This document shows, in pieces, positions 22,321 to 36,016 of a DNA stretch of 64,000 nucleotides. This stretch comes from Marsupella aquatica (lineage: Eukaryota > Plantae > Marchantiophyta), in contig OZ316894.1 of assembly GCA_973895155.1 (NCBI GenBank), positions 21,547,867-21,611,866 on the forward strand, read 5' to 3'. Under the pieces are notes generated by a model. The model was not told the origin of the DNA and searched no databases. It saw only the letters and a program-made list of their open reading frames with translations. Every line of letters starts with the position of its first letter. The stretch's first letter is position 1. A program made the position numbers and the translations under genes.

Positions 22321-24467
22321 TAATGGTTTTGCATAGATTGTAGCGTATGTTTCCCACGTTTCATCGCAACACGGGCGACACGGGATGCTTGAGAGTGCGT
22401 GCCGAGGCAGCGACGTGATTGTTGGAATTGACGCGGATCTTTTCGGCGGTGGTCTCGGCTCTGGAATGAATGGTTGGGAGCCTGCTCCATTCCTTTTGGC
22501 GACTTTATATAGACTTTTACACTCTACTAGAGTACTAGATCTGGACCGCGCGGGTGTTATCTGATTCGCTTCTGCCTGCGGGAGCAAAATTCTGGCCCGG
22601 CGTTTCTCTGCTGATGAATGTCGCGTACGGCAAAGGAAGCTGACTGCTGCTGCAATCAGCATTTCAGCTACGCGCTCGGTCTAGATTCATGACAGATTGA
22701 CCCAGAGATTATTATACTATTGTGGTTGCTGGCATGTGGATTCTCTACGAGCGGGTTGCTTGAGTCCGGGGTCCGATTGGTTCGATTTCGATCGACCTCT
22801 GCACGCCAGAAGGGCATATCCAGCCCGGCGTTTTGATGCTCAGTTACTAGTGCCGAAAAGTACCGGTGCACATGATTCTGCTGTGATGTTGCCACTTGGT
22901 CTTTAGGGTCTTTGGATCATGGGGCCTGAGTGCTCCTTATTAATCAAGGGGGAGAAAAAGTTCTACTTTACGAGAAGTAATAATGCAGTAGAATGATGTC
23001 TGAGGGTGCCCTTTGGTCTTTGAATACATAGGTGTTTACTGAGTAGTCTGCGGGCAGCAGGGTGAATTGGAATTGTATTGCATTAAATTGTTCGGTAATT
23101 TTCGATTTATCTTGAGAGTCCCGCAATCAACGATCAAAAAGTTAAGCTGGAGAAGTACTGTAGATCAGATGTACCGGGGGGTTTTGGATCGAGGACGAAA
23201 GTTTTTTGAATCGGCTGTATGAGAAAATTAGTTAGACATGTAAGCCAGAGAGTTGATCTTCCCATTGATACATTTACCGGTTTGAGATGAATTAGAGGTC
23301 CAATGATTCTGTCTGACTGAACACAAGAATCAATTCAGAGGAGATCCCATGATTGTGAAGAGAGTGAAGGGCGTTCTGTCAAGCCTATAAGGATCTACCA
23401 CTTGAGGAGGTTTACCTGGGATGTAAAAGGGCATTGGATCACAGGTTGGTACAGGGCATCCCATGGCAGGGAATTCCACCACCTGATTATTCGAGAGCAT
23501 TTCACCATGACGACGCGCGAGAGTGCTTTCCATTCCAACTACCTGTACTTTTCTTGACGAGAAGGCCATTTATTCCATCACGCGATGGATCTTTCATAGA
23601 AGGTTCGAGGGCCTTTCTCACCGACGACGGTCTGTCTGTGAGAGAAGGTCAAAGCCCATTTCATCACGGGGTTAGAAGGCATTCCGTCACGAGGCTGAAG
23701 AAGTTTCACACGGATCACATTACAACTACCTAATAAAAGGACAGCAACCAGGGGAGGTACAGCACTACAGACCATCCACTGTTTCAGGCCGATCTTTGAG
23801 AAAGGGAGAACTTGGGTAAGGGTGATTCAATAGACTACTTCGATCAGTCCAACAGGACACTTTGAATTTCCGGGCGCATTTCACGGAAGCATTTGGCGGT
23901 TGCTTACTTGCTTACTTTTAGTCTGCAGTCTTTACCGGGCCAGGAGGAGGAGCTGCCTGAAGCGATCAATACCTTACTAGAATTACGGAACGGGCGGGAG
24001 TATTTTGCCAACCGGGATCGAGTTGGGAACTGTGGGTCGAGATACATCTTGCATCCCATCTATCAGCTTTCATTGATATTCAATCAAGGGCATATCTGGT
24101 GAGCGATAAGATTCCTCACCACATCAACATCAGAGTTAATAACTGGACGATTGGAGGTAATTGAAGCTGCCGAGTCTAGAGCGTCCAGCTAGCTTTACAT
24201 TTCGTTGATTGTAAAAGCGTGGACGCAACAAGTTGCAGTTTTTAGTGGGCCATCGGCGTCTGCACTCTGTACCCACTATCGTAGTGAATAGAATTGCAGG
24301 TCTGCGGCATTGCCAGTCGAGAAAAAATCTAGTTGGTTTCCATCAGCAGTGGCCCGGGCTCGATCAGCAGTAGGCCATATATACATCTATCACGAAAAGG
24401 CGTCCCCAAATCGCACCGAATCGGAGCATTTCTTCCCACCTGAATTCCAGTATATGGACGAGAGACC

Positions 24468-25385
24468 ATGGAGCTTACGGAATTCAGAACATCGACAGAC
24501 CGGCTGAGGTTTCCTCATGCTCACCGTCACAAATTCTTTAGCCGCGAAGAAGAGCGAGAAGAAGAGGAGTCAAATCTTAGAGGAGAGCTCTCCCACGACG
24601 ACTCAACCATGAACATAATGGACTCTCATTATCGCCATCAACAAGCGGCAGCAATTTCAACAACAAAAACAAATGTTGACTCGTCGAGTTATCGACCACT
24701 ACATCGATCTTCACCCAAAAATGTGCAGAGTCATCATATCGAAGGCCATCTCTATCAGCACCCATGGGGTCGGTCTCGCTCGTTCACCCGCTCGATCTCA
24801 TCCTTGTCCAATTCGAGTTGTGGTTCCGATTCGGACACAGGGGCCATTCAGACAACGATCACGAAGTCTTCAGCGAAATCCTCACCTGTAGGCAGTGACT
24901 GCTCGGTGAGCAATTATGATTTCAACCAGACGGATACCGGAGCATCCTCAGTGACAACGATCGCCGGTGGCGACACAGGAGGTGAAACGGAGACCGACGA
25001 TCGAATACCAAGATTCAGTTATTCGTCCACTCCGACTGCCGAGGAGCTGAGTTTGGTGTTCACGTGGGTGGACGAGACCAATGACGGGCTGATCTGCAGA
25101 GCTGATCTGCGAGGGTTCATGAGCCGGGTTTTAAATTTCGAGATATCGGAGAGTGAGGCGGAGACTCTCCTCCTTGTCTATAGCAATGGGAGGACTCTTC
25201 GCACAGATACTAGTCCGGGAGGTCGGCGAACCAATAGTGGGGGTGCTGTGGTGGACTTCGCAGGTTTCCTTGCTCTGTACCACTGCTTATGTGGGGAGCA
25301 AGCCTCGCCTGAGGAGCAGAGTATGATGGCTGCAGCCTCCCAAGTCTTTGACAAAACACAGCTCCGATCTGGCAGATGGGGTTAA
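24468..25385 (+). CDS. Degenerate calmodulin-like (EF-hand) protein with long Ser-rich N-terminus; possibly truncated
   Basis: 305-aa single-exon ORF. EELSLVFTWVDETNDGLICRADLRGFM is an EF-hand, VVDFAGFLALY is a second EF-hand exit helix, and MMAAASQVFDK begins a third EF-hand before an early stop. Confidence 0.6.
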   Translation: MELTEFRTSTDRLRFPHAHRHKFFSREEEREEEESNLRGELSHDDSTMNIMDSHYRHQQAAAISTTKTNVDSSSYRPLHRSSPKNVQSHHIEGHLYQHPWGRSRSFTRSISSLSNSSCGSDSDTGAIQTTITKSSAKSSPVGSDCSVSNYDFNQTDTGASSVTTIAGGDTGGETETDDRIPRFSYSSTPTAEELSLVFTWVDETNDGLICRADLRGFMSRVLNFEISESEAETLLLVYSNGRTLRTDTSPGGRRTNSGGAVVDFAGFLALYHCLCGEQASPEEQSMMAAASQVFDKTQLRSGRWG

Positions 25386-27962
25386 TTATACGAAAACTTA
25401 GATGCAACTCTGAACATTTCGAGAGGCTTCTAGGTCTCAATTTCTCGTCCGAGTCCAGCAGTTGTCCTCGCCCAATTCTGGCCCTGTGAAGAAAAGTGCA
25501 ATTTGAGGAGTTAGGTGATGCCTGTCGTGAGAGACACCTCCAGATCTCTGCTTCTCGTCCTCCAGCAAGGTATCACAGTCCCAATCTGGCATATGGGTTG
25601 CGAATTCAATGATTGTCAGTGATACAGGTCCCGCGAGAGAGTTGGAGAATGATCGCTTTTTCTCCTCCTGCAGCAGGGAGTGCAGCTATAATGATCAGAC
25701 AGATTGGCTCGAGGAAAGAATGTCGATGATGGCAGTATGGCGAGAGGGCTGCAAATCTGTCAACTCTCTTCCTCCAGAAGAAAAGCTACACCTCGAGTTT
25801 ACAAGACATAACTCCGATTTCACAGGTGGTTTTCATGAGTGATGACCGAGTGTGGCGCGTTCATGTCCATGTTTCCTATCCCTTGGCTCCAGATATGCGA
25901 CTCGACTACTAAAAGAATTTGGGTGCACCATCCGGAAGACGAGTGTTCAGATCGTCGGTATGTTCCATCAAGCAGTCATCTCCATAAACGGCGAGAAAAT
26001 TCTTAGGATGTCGGTGCTGGGAGTTCAGTTCATTTCACCCCAACAGAAACGACCTCTCCGCTGGTCTAATTCAACGAGGACAGCATACTCTTCAAATCAG
26101 TTCAACCCAACGATTCCTTCTGTCGTTAGTCTTCCAAAAGGAAATCTCTCATACGGAGTACTGTTTACAGGGACGGGGAATCAATTCTTCGCAGGAAGAC
26201 AAATCTAATAATCGGTGTTGTCTCCAGGAGAGGACGAGTTTTACAGAATATTATTAACTGTGAAAGACCTTGGGCAGCCAGAAGCGGACGAGTCACGAAG
26301 GAAGAAGCTGCACTGGAGCTATCACCGCACGTACGAAGCGAAATAATCATGGGGTTCGCTCATTGACATTCATAGCAGATTGATGGCTCATTGGCGGTTG
26401 GCTACACAGGACTCGCGCCCCGCCACAATTTCTCCACTAATCTCCTGTCAACCTCCTCTCCATGGGATTTGATTTAATTAGAAGAGGGATAGGTTGAGCT
26501 GCTAAGAGATGTACGTGCAGGCGACTTGACACGTTTGGGTAGTTAATTGATCTGTAGTCGATTCAGACGTAGGAAATCTACTTCAGCTCTGGCCGGACCA
26601 CACCCCACGTGCATTTGCGATTTCGTCACGGAGGTGTGGCACGATTCTAAATTGAGAAGGTTGCCTTCCGTTCCGATTTCCTCAACATCGATTTCCTCAA
26701 CATTCTAGCTCCAATGATTCACGACCGGTTGTTCCAGAGACTGTCTATGTATACAGAGTTTCTTTCTGAGGTTTTTCAACCAAATTATTGCAATTTGAAA
26801 GCTCGAGTCATAGCACAAATGAGCACATTCACTCCCATTCACACCGTGACGGCAATTGCATGAATTATCGACTATTCGACAATATCGTCTAATGTACTCT
26901 ACAGAAGTGGATTCAATCTTGTTAAGGACTGAAATTCTTTATGTTGTTTTCTTAGTTTAAACATCACAAAGAGTGAGCCAGATCAATCCAGATGTAAAAG
27001 TTGGAGTGAAGAGTTTGTGCACAGATAATTTTTGTACTCTCTCACAATTTGATCAGCAGGTTTTCAAATTCTAATAAAGGCATATTCCAGGAAAGAGACA
27101 ACAAAGTCTGGTTGGACACTTGCAATCATCTGAAGGGCATCCAAACATATTTTCAAAATTAGCATCTTATCGTCACCAAAATCTGCTTTGTCTTCACATT
27201 GCAAGGATCTTCTTCCTCTCTGTCGAAGTCATTTGCCCATTAGGCTGGACTTGGTACAGCGTAAGGTCACCAAAGGCTTCAACAGCTTGGACTTAGATGG
27301 GCAAGCATCTAGGCAAGTTGATCCTTTGTGCGACAGAGTGTACGATCCTACTATACTGGGCTTGCTAGCAAATTTGGGTAGTAACATTCGTCCTGGAGCC
27401 TTGGACCGGTGTTCTCCGCCGCCATATGTGTCACTTTGTCCTCGGTCAAGCCGTCATGACAGGAAGCAGCCACGAAGATCATTTTTGCAAGCAGGCTAGC
27501 ATGGAAGCAGGGAAGGATAATTTTTGAAAAGAATGATCTTTGTTCTTGTGATGCTCTGCGCTCCACATGATCGGGAATAGAAGTCAAGAAGTTCTTCGTT
27601 GCCATCTTTCGTCATGTCGTGATCACTGCCTTGCCCATAGCATTTTGGCAGCCAAGATTCCGCGAAAAGGCCTGCTGACTGCATAGAATCGCTTCATGTT
27701 GGCCGTATTGTGTTGGTACCTCACCCAAGGAGTGATCCTACTTTACTACGTACGGTACCTGAATTTTTCTTCCAGGAATTCCGGAGAAGGTTATCCCGTT
27801 ACGAGTATGCACGGTGAGGAAATAGAGCATTTTAACGCAGTGACATCAGAGTTTTAACTTCCGCAGAGCTATTTCTCTGTTTTCTTTCTGCTTCACTTCA
27901 AACCATCGAATCTGAAGTCAGCTCTGCTTCAAGGTGGATCAACTGCTACTGACACACCTTGC

Positions 27963-28133
27963 TTAAACCACAATTGCCCTTCAAAAACTACGGGTTACCC
28001 GTAGTTACCATTAAAAGAAGATTTTTCCTAAAATTGTGGAGCAAACTGGCATGCTAGAGGAGAAGAGTGATTGAAATGTGGAAAAAGAGAGGTCTTGGAC
28101 ACTTCCCCTTATATAGGGCAAGTTGTGGTTTAA
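27963..28133 (+). mobile_element. Kolobok-derived MITE, copy 1 (163 bp plus TTAA on both sides)
   Basis: TTAA-ACCACAATTGCCCT ... AGGGCAAGTTGTGGT-TTAA. It shares the ACCACA terminus and the CTACGGGTTACCCGTAG palindrome core (within 27986-28006) with the 8-kb Kolobok element. Confidence 0.85.
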
Positions 28134-29060
28134 CCTCTATCCGGCCCAAGTGATCGAGTTCTTTTTGCCTTGAAAGATAAGTGATCAAGTTCTTGCCGAC
28201 ACACTTCCGCAAGATCCCGAGAGAAACTTCAAGTAATCCTCCAAATCGGGTCCCAAAATGTGCTTTGCAAGCTACCAGTTGTGTTTGATGGAATTGAAAA
28301 AAACTTGCCCGTTCTGATTGATTAGTCGAGGAGTGAGTCGTAGCAGTTCGTCTAGCGCTCAATAGTACCATTCATTTGAGAACATGCGAAATCCTGTATT
28401 GGCATGCTCATGAAGGTCACTCGAATTCCATTCAAAGTCATAGCCTGAGTTTTGAAACTTCAGCATTCGGTGAGAAACGGTTTAGGGTTTGCGTCCATGG
28501 TAGTAAGTTGTAACTCGGTTCAAGCACGATTCTCAACAATTCGACCTCCGGCAACAATCATCATCTTCGAACCGTCTTCTCCGAACAGACAACATCCTCT
28601 TCCTCTCACAAAACAAAGATGGCCGATCCAACGCCATGATCAGGTGGGTGATCCAGACAGTGCGAGAATTCATCACCAGCATGAAAGCTTCTCAATTTGA
28701 GAGATCAGTCATGGTATATCCTCTGCCGACCAAGCTGCATTCAATCAAGTCACAACAATAGTCTTGTTTGCAGTGCAGCCTTCTCCAAAGTAGCACTGAG
28801 CCCAGTGAGTTCATGTCCAAGAGTTGCTGTGAAAACACTCGCCACAGGTATTGATTAGCTGCCACTTCGGGCATGCTTGCTTCCTCCTCGTGTGTGACAA
28901 TCCTCCCGATCCTCCTCGGGCTTGAAATCGCTGCGCTGCGAAGCTTTCCACACGAATACCTTGGAATCCAAAGGGGTTCGAAGCCGAAGCTCAATTGCGA
29001 CGAGGAAGATCTCAGTAAGTAACATTATATATAAAATGTCTGTTTCGCTTGAGGTGCAAG

Positions 29061-29134
29061 GCCCCCGTAGCTCAGTTGGTTAGAGCATCGGTCTTATGAG
29101 CCGAAGGTCGTGGGTTCGAGCCCCCCCGGGAGCA
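29061..29134 (+). tRNA. trnI-UAU: tRNA-Ile (anticodon UAU), intronless
   Basis: GCCCCCGTAGCTCAGTTGGTTAGAGCATCGGTCTTATGAGCCGAAGGTCGTGGGTTCGAGCCCCCCCGGGAGCA forms a cloverleaf with CT-TAT-GA loop and intact A/B boxes. It has an upstream TATATATAAA (~29027-29036) and CAA, and a downstream T-run. There is one acceptor-stem and one T-stem mismatch. Confidence 0.88.
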
Positions 29135-32100
29135 CAGTTCTGCAGCGATCCAATTAGGCTTTTGTAGAAGGTCTCTCAGAGGACTGTTTGGAAATTTAAC
29201 GCACCATATGCATCCAAATACTCTTTTTCTCCCCTTCATTGGGGCTGCTTTGCCACATTAAGATAATGTATCCCGGGTTAGTATAGTTTTTTGCCCTTGG
29301 GCACTGTGATATATATAATTCACAAGACCTTGTATAGGAAAGACTGGTTAGTAGTTTCTGGCCATTGGGCACTGTGATATATAATTCCAAAGACAGTGTA
29401 TAGGAAAGACAGCTGTGAGGAAGACCAGATGGGCAGAGAGTTGACACCCCTTACTGTAAGGCCTCTTCACAATTTCTTTGTCCCAGGCTAAGCTTTGAAT
29501 TAAGGGACCTAAAGCTTTGATGTTTGGAATAGAGAAGCCCTATTGGTATTATTGACAAACTAGCTTAGGTATGTGGAAACTGACACCCTATAGACCTAAA
29601 TGTTTGACAAAATGTCCAGATGGACAAAAGAAGAACTATTTTTGCACTCAGGTAGAACTTCTTCTTCAGAAAAAAATCTAAACTTTTCTGGTTAGCATTA
29701 GCATGGTCCATCTGGGTTGCAAGGTTTGTGAGAGAGGTCCATCTGAGCATTATTTATTTCCTAGTTCTGTGCCATGCCTTACAGAAATGGATGTGGTAAA
29801 CAATTCCTGGGACATTTCCTTGTAGGTAATACTGCTTTGTTTCCTTCAACCAATTCAAATGAAGTCTCACAATAATTATATCTCTCCTTTCATTTACTAT
29901 TTATTACACCTTCCAGTATCCTCCATCAATTCAAATAATTCTCTCAATGTATTTTAAAGACCTAGATCATCCAAAGGAGTGCTTGAAATTTGAGAATAGA
30001 CATCCTAAGTATTTTAAAGGCCTAGATCATAAACTAACCCATGATCCAATCACATTAGCGCAAGTTCTAATTTCTATCATTTCACGTGAAGCTCTCTTCA
30101 CTTTTTACTTAATTCACTTGCAAGCTTATTTAGTCTACACAGTTGACTTGTAGTCCATAGTTACAATGCTAAATTCGAGATCAATTTCATATTCAAGCTT
30201 CAGTTTTCACTTTATCTAGTAACTTAATCTGTGGCTTTAAATTAGTTTTTGAGGCAGGTTTAGTTATTTTTGCTAGTTTGGGACAGGAGAGTAAAAAACT
30301 GAAAGACAATGAAAAAATTTGGAGGGGTACAGCAAATGGAGAAAGGTTAGCAAAAAAGGAGCAAGAAATTAAGAAAAAGAAAGAGGTTTGAGGGGGAACA
30401 GGAAATGGGCAAAAGGTCAGCAAAAAGGAGCAAGAGATCACAAAGTATACTAGTTCAATGCCTGAGTTGCACGCAGTGCTTTTGTTAATTGAACTTCTCA
30501 AACTATCTGGTATGGCTGCCATAGACTGCCATAAACTATGTTTGTTTATGACCAATAGGTTTTTTTTATGTTTGTTTATGACCAATAGTTTATGGCAGTT
30601 TATGTCATATGACATGGCTGTACGGCCAATCCACCTTTCAGTTGTTTCACAAGGTATGAAAAAGTTTATTTTTCACTAGCCTCTAGAGTGACTGGTGGTC
30701 TTTTCACAGGGTTATGCGACAACAACAAAATTCACTAGCCTCTGACTAGTATGACTTGTGGTTATAGCATATGACACTGTTATATGGCCAATCCACCTTC
30801 AAGTGTTTTTTTTTCTCATTACAATTTTTGGCTAGAAATGTTTGTTTCAATGTGCCATTACAAGGTGCATCACTTGTATGATATGTGGACACCTCCTGCC
30901 TTAAGTCCTCCTCATACTTTTATTTGCTAAGCTTATGGTTTTTTTGTGTCATTACCTAAGGCAAGCAAGGATCTTCTCTAAATTGTGTGCACAATGTTTG
31001 CTTGATTTAAGGGTGGCTTTACAAGAAGTTGGGGGCAGTTTTCACATTTCTTTGTCTCCAAGATATATCTGATCAGAGCCGTCCATTTGAGAGGCACTGC
31101 TGCTGTTCACTTTACAAAACGTTGGGGGCACTTTCAACCAAACTTGTTACTAATCCTACATGGAATGCAGTGGGGCCCAATTTTTGCTTATGCGGAGCAC
31201 TCTTTTGTCCTAGAATTTAGATCACCTCTCTTGGTAGTCTCTTCTTCTGGCCGCTTGGTCCATTTCTATTTTAAGTGATTTGCATTAAAAAGGACCCACA
31301 AGTCCTTCATAAGATTAATATTCTCTTCCTCACATTTACAAAGACTTTAGCCAAAGATTATGTGACATTCTGGTGGAGTGGGTCCTCAATCTGTCTTTTA
31401 GTCAATTAATCTGGCACCATTGGCTGCACTTGGCTTTACAAGACCTTGGGGGCAATAAAAGGATTCAAAAAATGCTTTTAGCCCGAGGACACTATATTTA
31501 GTGTGTGCAATGGCCATCCAGTTTGCTTTGGTGAAAAAATCCCAAGTGCCCCCATGTATTGTAAAGTCCTCCTAAGTATCATTAGGGACCTCTACCCTAT
31601 GTGCACAACCGTGCACAACTTTGCAAGACTTGTGCACTCTTACTTTTCCAGGCCATTACATGCAATGTATATTAATTTTTTTGACATGTGCTGTACTTCT
31701 CCCACTCAATCCTACCAAATACTTTGCAATAGTTATTTACACATCACTCCAAGACAAAAAAAGAAGCATGTTCATCCTATGACCAAATCTTTGTGGAAAA
31801 AAGTTATGTTTAATGGATTTGGTTTTCCATAATCAACTTCTTCTGTCCTTAATTGAAGTGAGAACTTTCATCAAATTTTGTGAGGATTGAGACCAAAAGT
31901 TTATGTATCATGAATTTGGGTTTCCATAACTTCTTCTCTCTTAAATAATTAGGGAGTCTCAAAGCTTTGAAATTATGCATGATGACATAAAAGAATGGTC
32001 ATCACTTTTTAACAAGTTATGTCAAAGTGTCTTTTTCATTTTCCTGTCACCAGCATCTAAGTCACCAGCATCTACACTGAGTAATGGTTATGGCATGCAA

Positions 32101-32473
32101 CCAATCTTTAGGGCAGAAAGTTATGGACTATGAAATTAATTGTCGAAAGCCTTTTGTGTCCATAACCCATAACTAGGGAGTTAAGGTCCATCAAATTGTC
32201 CACCTTTGAGACTCCCTAATTAAAGTTAACTTAGTTAAGGTCCATCCAATTATGTGAGGTTTGAGACCCCACAAAATTGTACAGAAGTCTTGTGTTAATG
32301 GGAGCACTGTACCGAAAGGAGAGCGGAATCAGTGCTGCACGAAGTCTTGTCGATGCAGAAGACTCAGCCCAACGACTGACCATCGAGCTTTCATTGATGA
32401 AGCACCTGCCCCGTTTCTAAAGGGCAGCTGTCTAGAGCATTCTCGTAATCAACGTGAGAGAGTTTTACAAATA

Positions 32474-32527
32474 AAGAAGAAGAAGCAGAAGAAAAGAAGA
32501 AGAAGAAGAAGAAGAAGGAGGAGGAGA
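32474..32527 (+). repeat. (AAG)n/(AGG)n microsatellite
   Basis: AAGAAGAAGAAGCAGAAGAAAAGAAGAAGAAGAAGAAGAAGGAGGAGGAG upstream of the IND1-like gene. Confidence 0.85.
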
Positions 32528-33184
32528 ATTCATTCAGGTGGGATTCGATAGATTACTAGTGAGAAGCATGCCGCACCCAATTGTGACGGAAGAGAGAGAG
32601 AGTTCTGTGTGTGCTCGTGCTGGCTCCAGCATTCTGGAATATCTTTTCTAGCAAGGAGAACAATTTCGACGACCTGTCGTTATAAGCATTCATGATTCTC
32701 CCTCCAAAGCTCTGAAGCTCTCTTCCGGTACAACCCTAAACATTCCACAGTCTTCGTACGACCGATTTTTGTGATGGATCAGGGAGGACTGTGATACATT
32801 TGGTGAAGGTCCCTCTGGTGAACCAAAGAAGAAATCAATTGGCTGCAATGGGGATGCACTGCAGAGGCGCTACAGTACAACAGCTACTGAAACTTTGTAG
32901 ACAAGTCCACTCTGCACAGGTTGGCATTGTCTCTGCTCTTCCATGTCCAGCGGCAATGCAGCTTTAAACCTAAATATGGCTGTGAATGACTTTCTAGAGA
33001 AGGAATTTGGTTAGGGAGGTCTTTGTCGGAAGCCTAGAAACAGGAGTAAATGGATTCGAAGAGAGGAATGAGCTGAAACAGCTTTAAGCAGTAACCGAGT
33101 GAGTCCCGCGCATTGTTTGCTGAGGAGGAATTGTGCAATGTTGCCCTCTGTAACCAATCTGGCATCATCTTTGTTCCTTCCCAG

Positions 33185-35470
33185 GGTTCTAATATCCGCT
33201 CCTTTGCAAGCGGTCCAAGAGGAAGGTCCCCAGGAGAGCAAATGAGAAGTCCTCTGAGTAGACTGGCAGTAGAGGGCGTAGAACATATAATTGCTGTTGC
33301 TTCAGGGAAGGGCGGAGTTGGGAAGTCGACCACTGCAGGTAAGGTCCTATTTCTCAATGACAATGCACCAGCTCAAATTGTTTGATTCGGAGCTAGACAG
33401 ATTTCCTCTGCTGTAAGATGGTGACGTTCATTTTCCTGTTGGAAGACTTTCAGTCGAGGGACCAATGAACGTCGTCTTTGTGTGTAATTTGATCTACCTT
33501 TTTTCTACTGACCATCTACCAAATTGCAGTCAATTTGGCAGTTGCTTTAGCCTTGGAGTGTAAGCTGAGCGTAGGTTTGCTGGATGCTGATGTATACGGT
33601 CCTTCCATCCCGACTTTGATGAAGTTGAATGGTCGTCCTCAATTAGACGCAGGTAATATTCAACTCATGCTTCCTATTTTCTACCTGAATTTATTCGTTT
33701 GTTTTCGAAGCTTGGGTTAGCTTCATCTCTCAGCAGGTGGAAGACACCTTGGGCAATGTGCATCCCCCAGTACCAGCAGGGACCTTCGCTGCTTATTTGT
33801 TGTGCCTATCCCATAGCTATGAAGTGGTTCATAGACCAATTGCAATTTACTTCTGTCGATCGTACCCCTACCGCTGTTTCAGTTCAGTACATGAAGGAAA
33901 GGCGTGTCCCAACTAGTTAGACCTAGAGGTCACCCTTTACTTTCTAGTTTATTCAGCTTTGAAATTATTTGCTGAGATCAGCAGCCTCCAGACGGTCTCA
34001 TCAGATTTGTACTTCTCCAGTTATCAAAAACCGGCAATCATATCGTGGATGGGACATCTCAAGTTTGATGAAAGGCCGAAAAACCTTTCGTTTGTTGTGC
34101 TGAAATGGTGTCAATGTTTGGCAGAATCAAAAATGCTGCCACTTGAAAATTTTGGGGTACGATGCATGTCAATGGGATTCTTGATGGACAAGGATGCACC
34201 AGCAGTTTGGCGAGGCCCAATGGTAAGGAATAAAGAATGATACAACTCACCCTCTTATCTACAATATGGTATGAAGAATGTTCCATTTTTCCCTCTTTAC
34301 TCTCGTATCAGTGAGTCTCCAACTGAGGAAAGTCATTCTCACATGTGCCAGTAGAGGTCTGTCCCGTAGAGATATTTGCGGGTGAGCACTTCCTTTGTGT
34401 TGAGTCCGTGTTTCAGTGGCAAAGTGGCAACGCAGGTGATGAGTGCCCTAGAGAAATTGATGCGTGGGACAGCATGGGGTAAGATCGATGTTATGGTGGT
34501 GGATATGCCTCCTGGCACTGGTGATGCTCAGATATCCATATCACAACGTCTTCCTCTTGCAGGTAATTTGACAATGGTCATGTTTAGTTTGTGCATGTGA
34601 TAGGGTATGTTCTATACCTCCACTGCCATGCACTGAATATGTCAGCATCAGTGCCTGAGGTTCTAAACTTGGTGACGAAGGCTAAGTTGAAATCTTCCTA
34701 ATCGAAGCAAGGAGTTCTAATGGCGCGCTCTGCGGTTGTATCAATTGCAGGGGCTGTGATTGTCTCAACTCCTCAAGACCTTGCACTAGTGGATGCCCGC
34801 AGAGGGGTGACTATGTTTCAAAAAGTGGACGTGCCGGTAGGTTCACTAGTCCGTTGAAATCATACATGAAAGATGCTCCTGTGCTCGTAATCGAAGCTAT
34901 GTGCTGTTAGTCGAAGCAAAGTCGGTAGACCTGGCAATTATCGAGTAAGCTTCTACTTCTTGGCAATCCAGATAGCAAGGCTCCCTGACATTCAAGTTAG
35001 CTAAGTACAGTGCACAGAATAATCCTAACAGAAATGTTGAATGATGACAGATCTTGGGCCTGATTGAGAATATGAGTTTTTTCAAGTGCCCTAAATGTGG
35101 AGAGAGAACCGATGTGTTTGGCCACGGGGGAGCCCAACTGACAGCAAAGGAAATGAACATGGAATTTCTTGGAGAGGTATCGCTCGTATCTGACATTCAG
35201 TTTTGAAGTGTCTGAACTTTTATTCCTTGGGATGCATCAACCCAGGATGGTTAGCTTGGTCTCACACATGTTTCGTTCTTGCGCTGGTGACAGGTACCAT
35301 TGAATATTTCCATCAGAGAGACTTCGGATTTTGGCACCCCGATCGTGGCATCATCCCCAGAAAGCGAAATCACTATTGCCTATAAGACTATAGCAAGGCG
35401 GATAGAAAGCAAATTGAAGGAGTTTGCCTCCGACGACGACAGCGCTGGACCAAAAATTGTTATTAAGTAA
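33185..35470 (+). CDS. IND1: Mrp/NBP35-family Fe-S cluster P-loop NTPase, mitochondrial IND1/NUBPL (INDH) type; exons 33185-33338, 33530-33652, 34125-34222, 34436-34562, 34751-34836, 35051-35176, 35294-35470; first coding exon not resolved
   Basis: [39 protein letters not shown]...[27 protein letters not shown], and [12 protein letters not shown] (CxxC). GT-AG junctions keep frame to TAA at 35468-35470. Confidence 0.9.
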
Positions 35471-36016
35471 AGCCGATGGGTTCTCCGTATGTGGAAAGGT
35501 GTGCGAGGACGAGAAGAGTAGTCAGATGCACCTTTGTATTAAATCAGATTCCACTGCCGGAATTCACTTTGGACATGATACTTGACTATATTGAATGTCT
35601 TCAGTGGACAATGCAATTGAACAGTTCTGCCAACTTCGTTCTAAGAGAACTCTGCTACTTTAAATACTAGAGACTTAAGAGTGTATTTCATTGAGCTGTG
35701 CTTCCTGCTTCAGACAAGCGAGCCATCTGCTAGTCATACAGAAGTTTTCAATGTCTTAAAGAATATAACGCATTAAAGAGGTCCTTACCCCTCATTCTAC
35801 AGGAAAGCTACTAACCATCGCTTCAACTACCAGAGAGTCCTGGGTGTAGTAAATTACACGTTGATGTCGTCATGATTTTTTTTAAGAACGTCATCTGCTG
35901 ACACCCCTCTCAATTTAAAACCCATTTGACGATACATCTTCACTTCCAAGTGCAAATTTGCAAATTTCAAACGTGGACTTCAATATTTGAGAAACCTTGG
36001 TGCACTTATTCCATCT

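Noticed and set aside
27100-27730. Protein-like minus-strand fragments
   Set aside because: Multiple stops and frame changes with no recognisable family, too weak to call a pseudogene.
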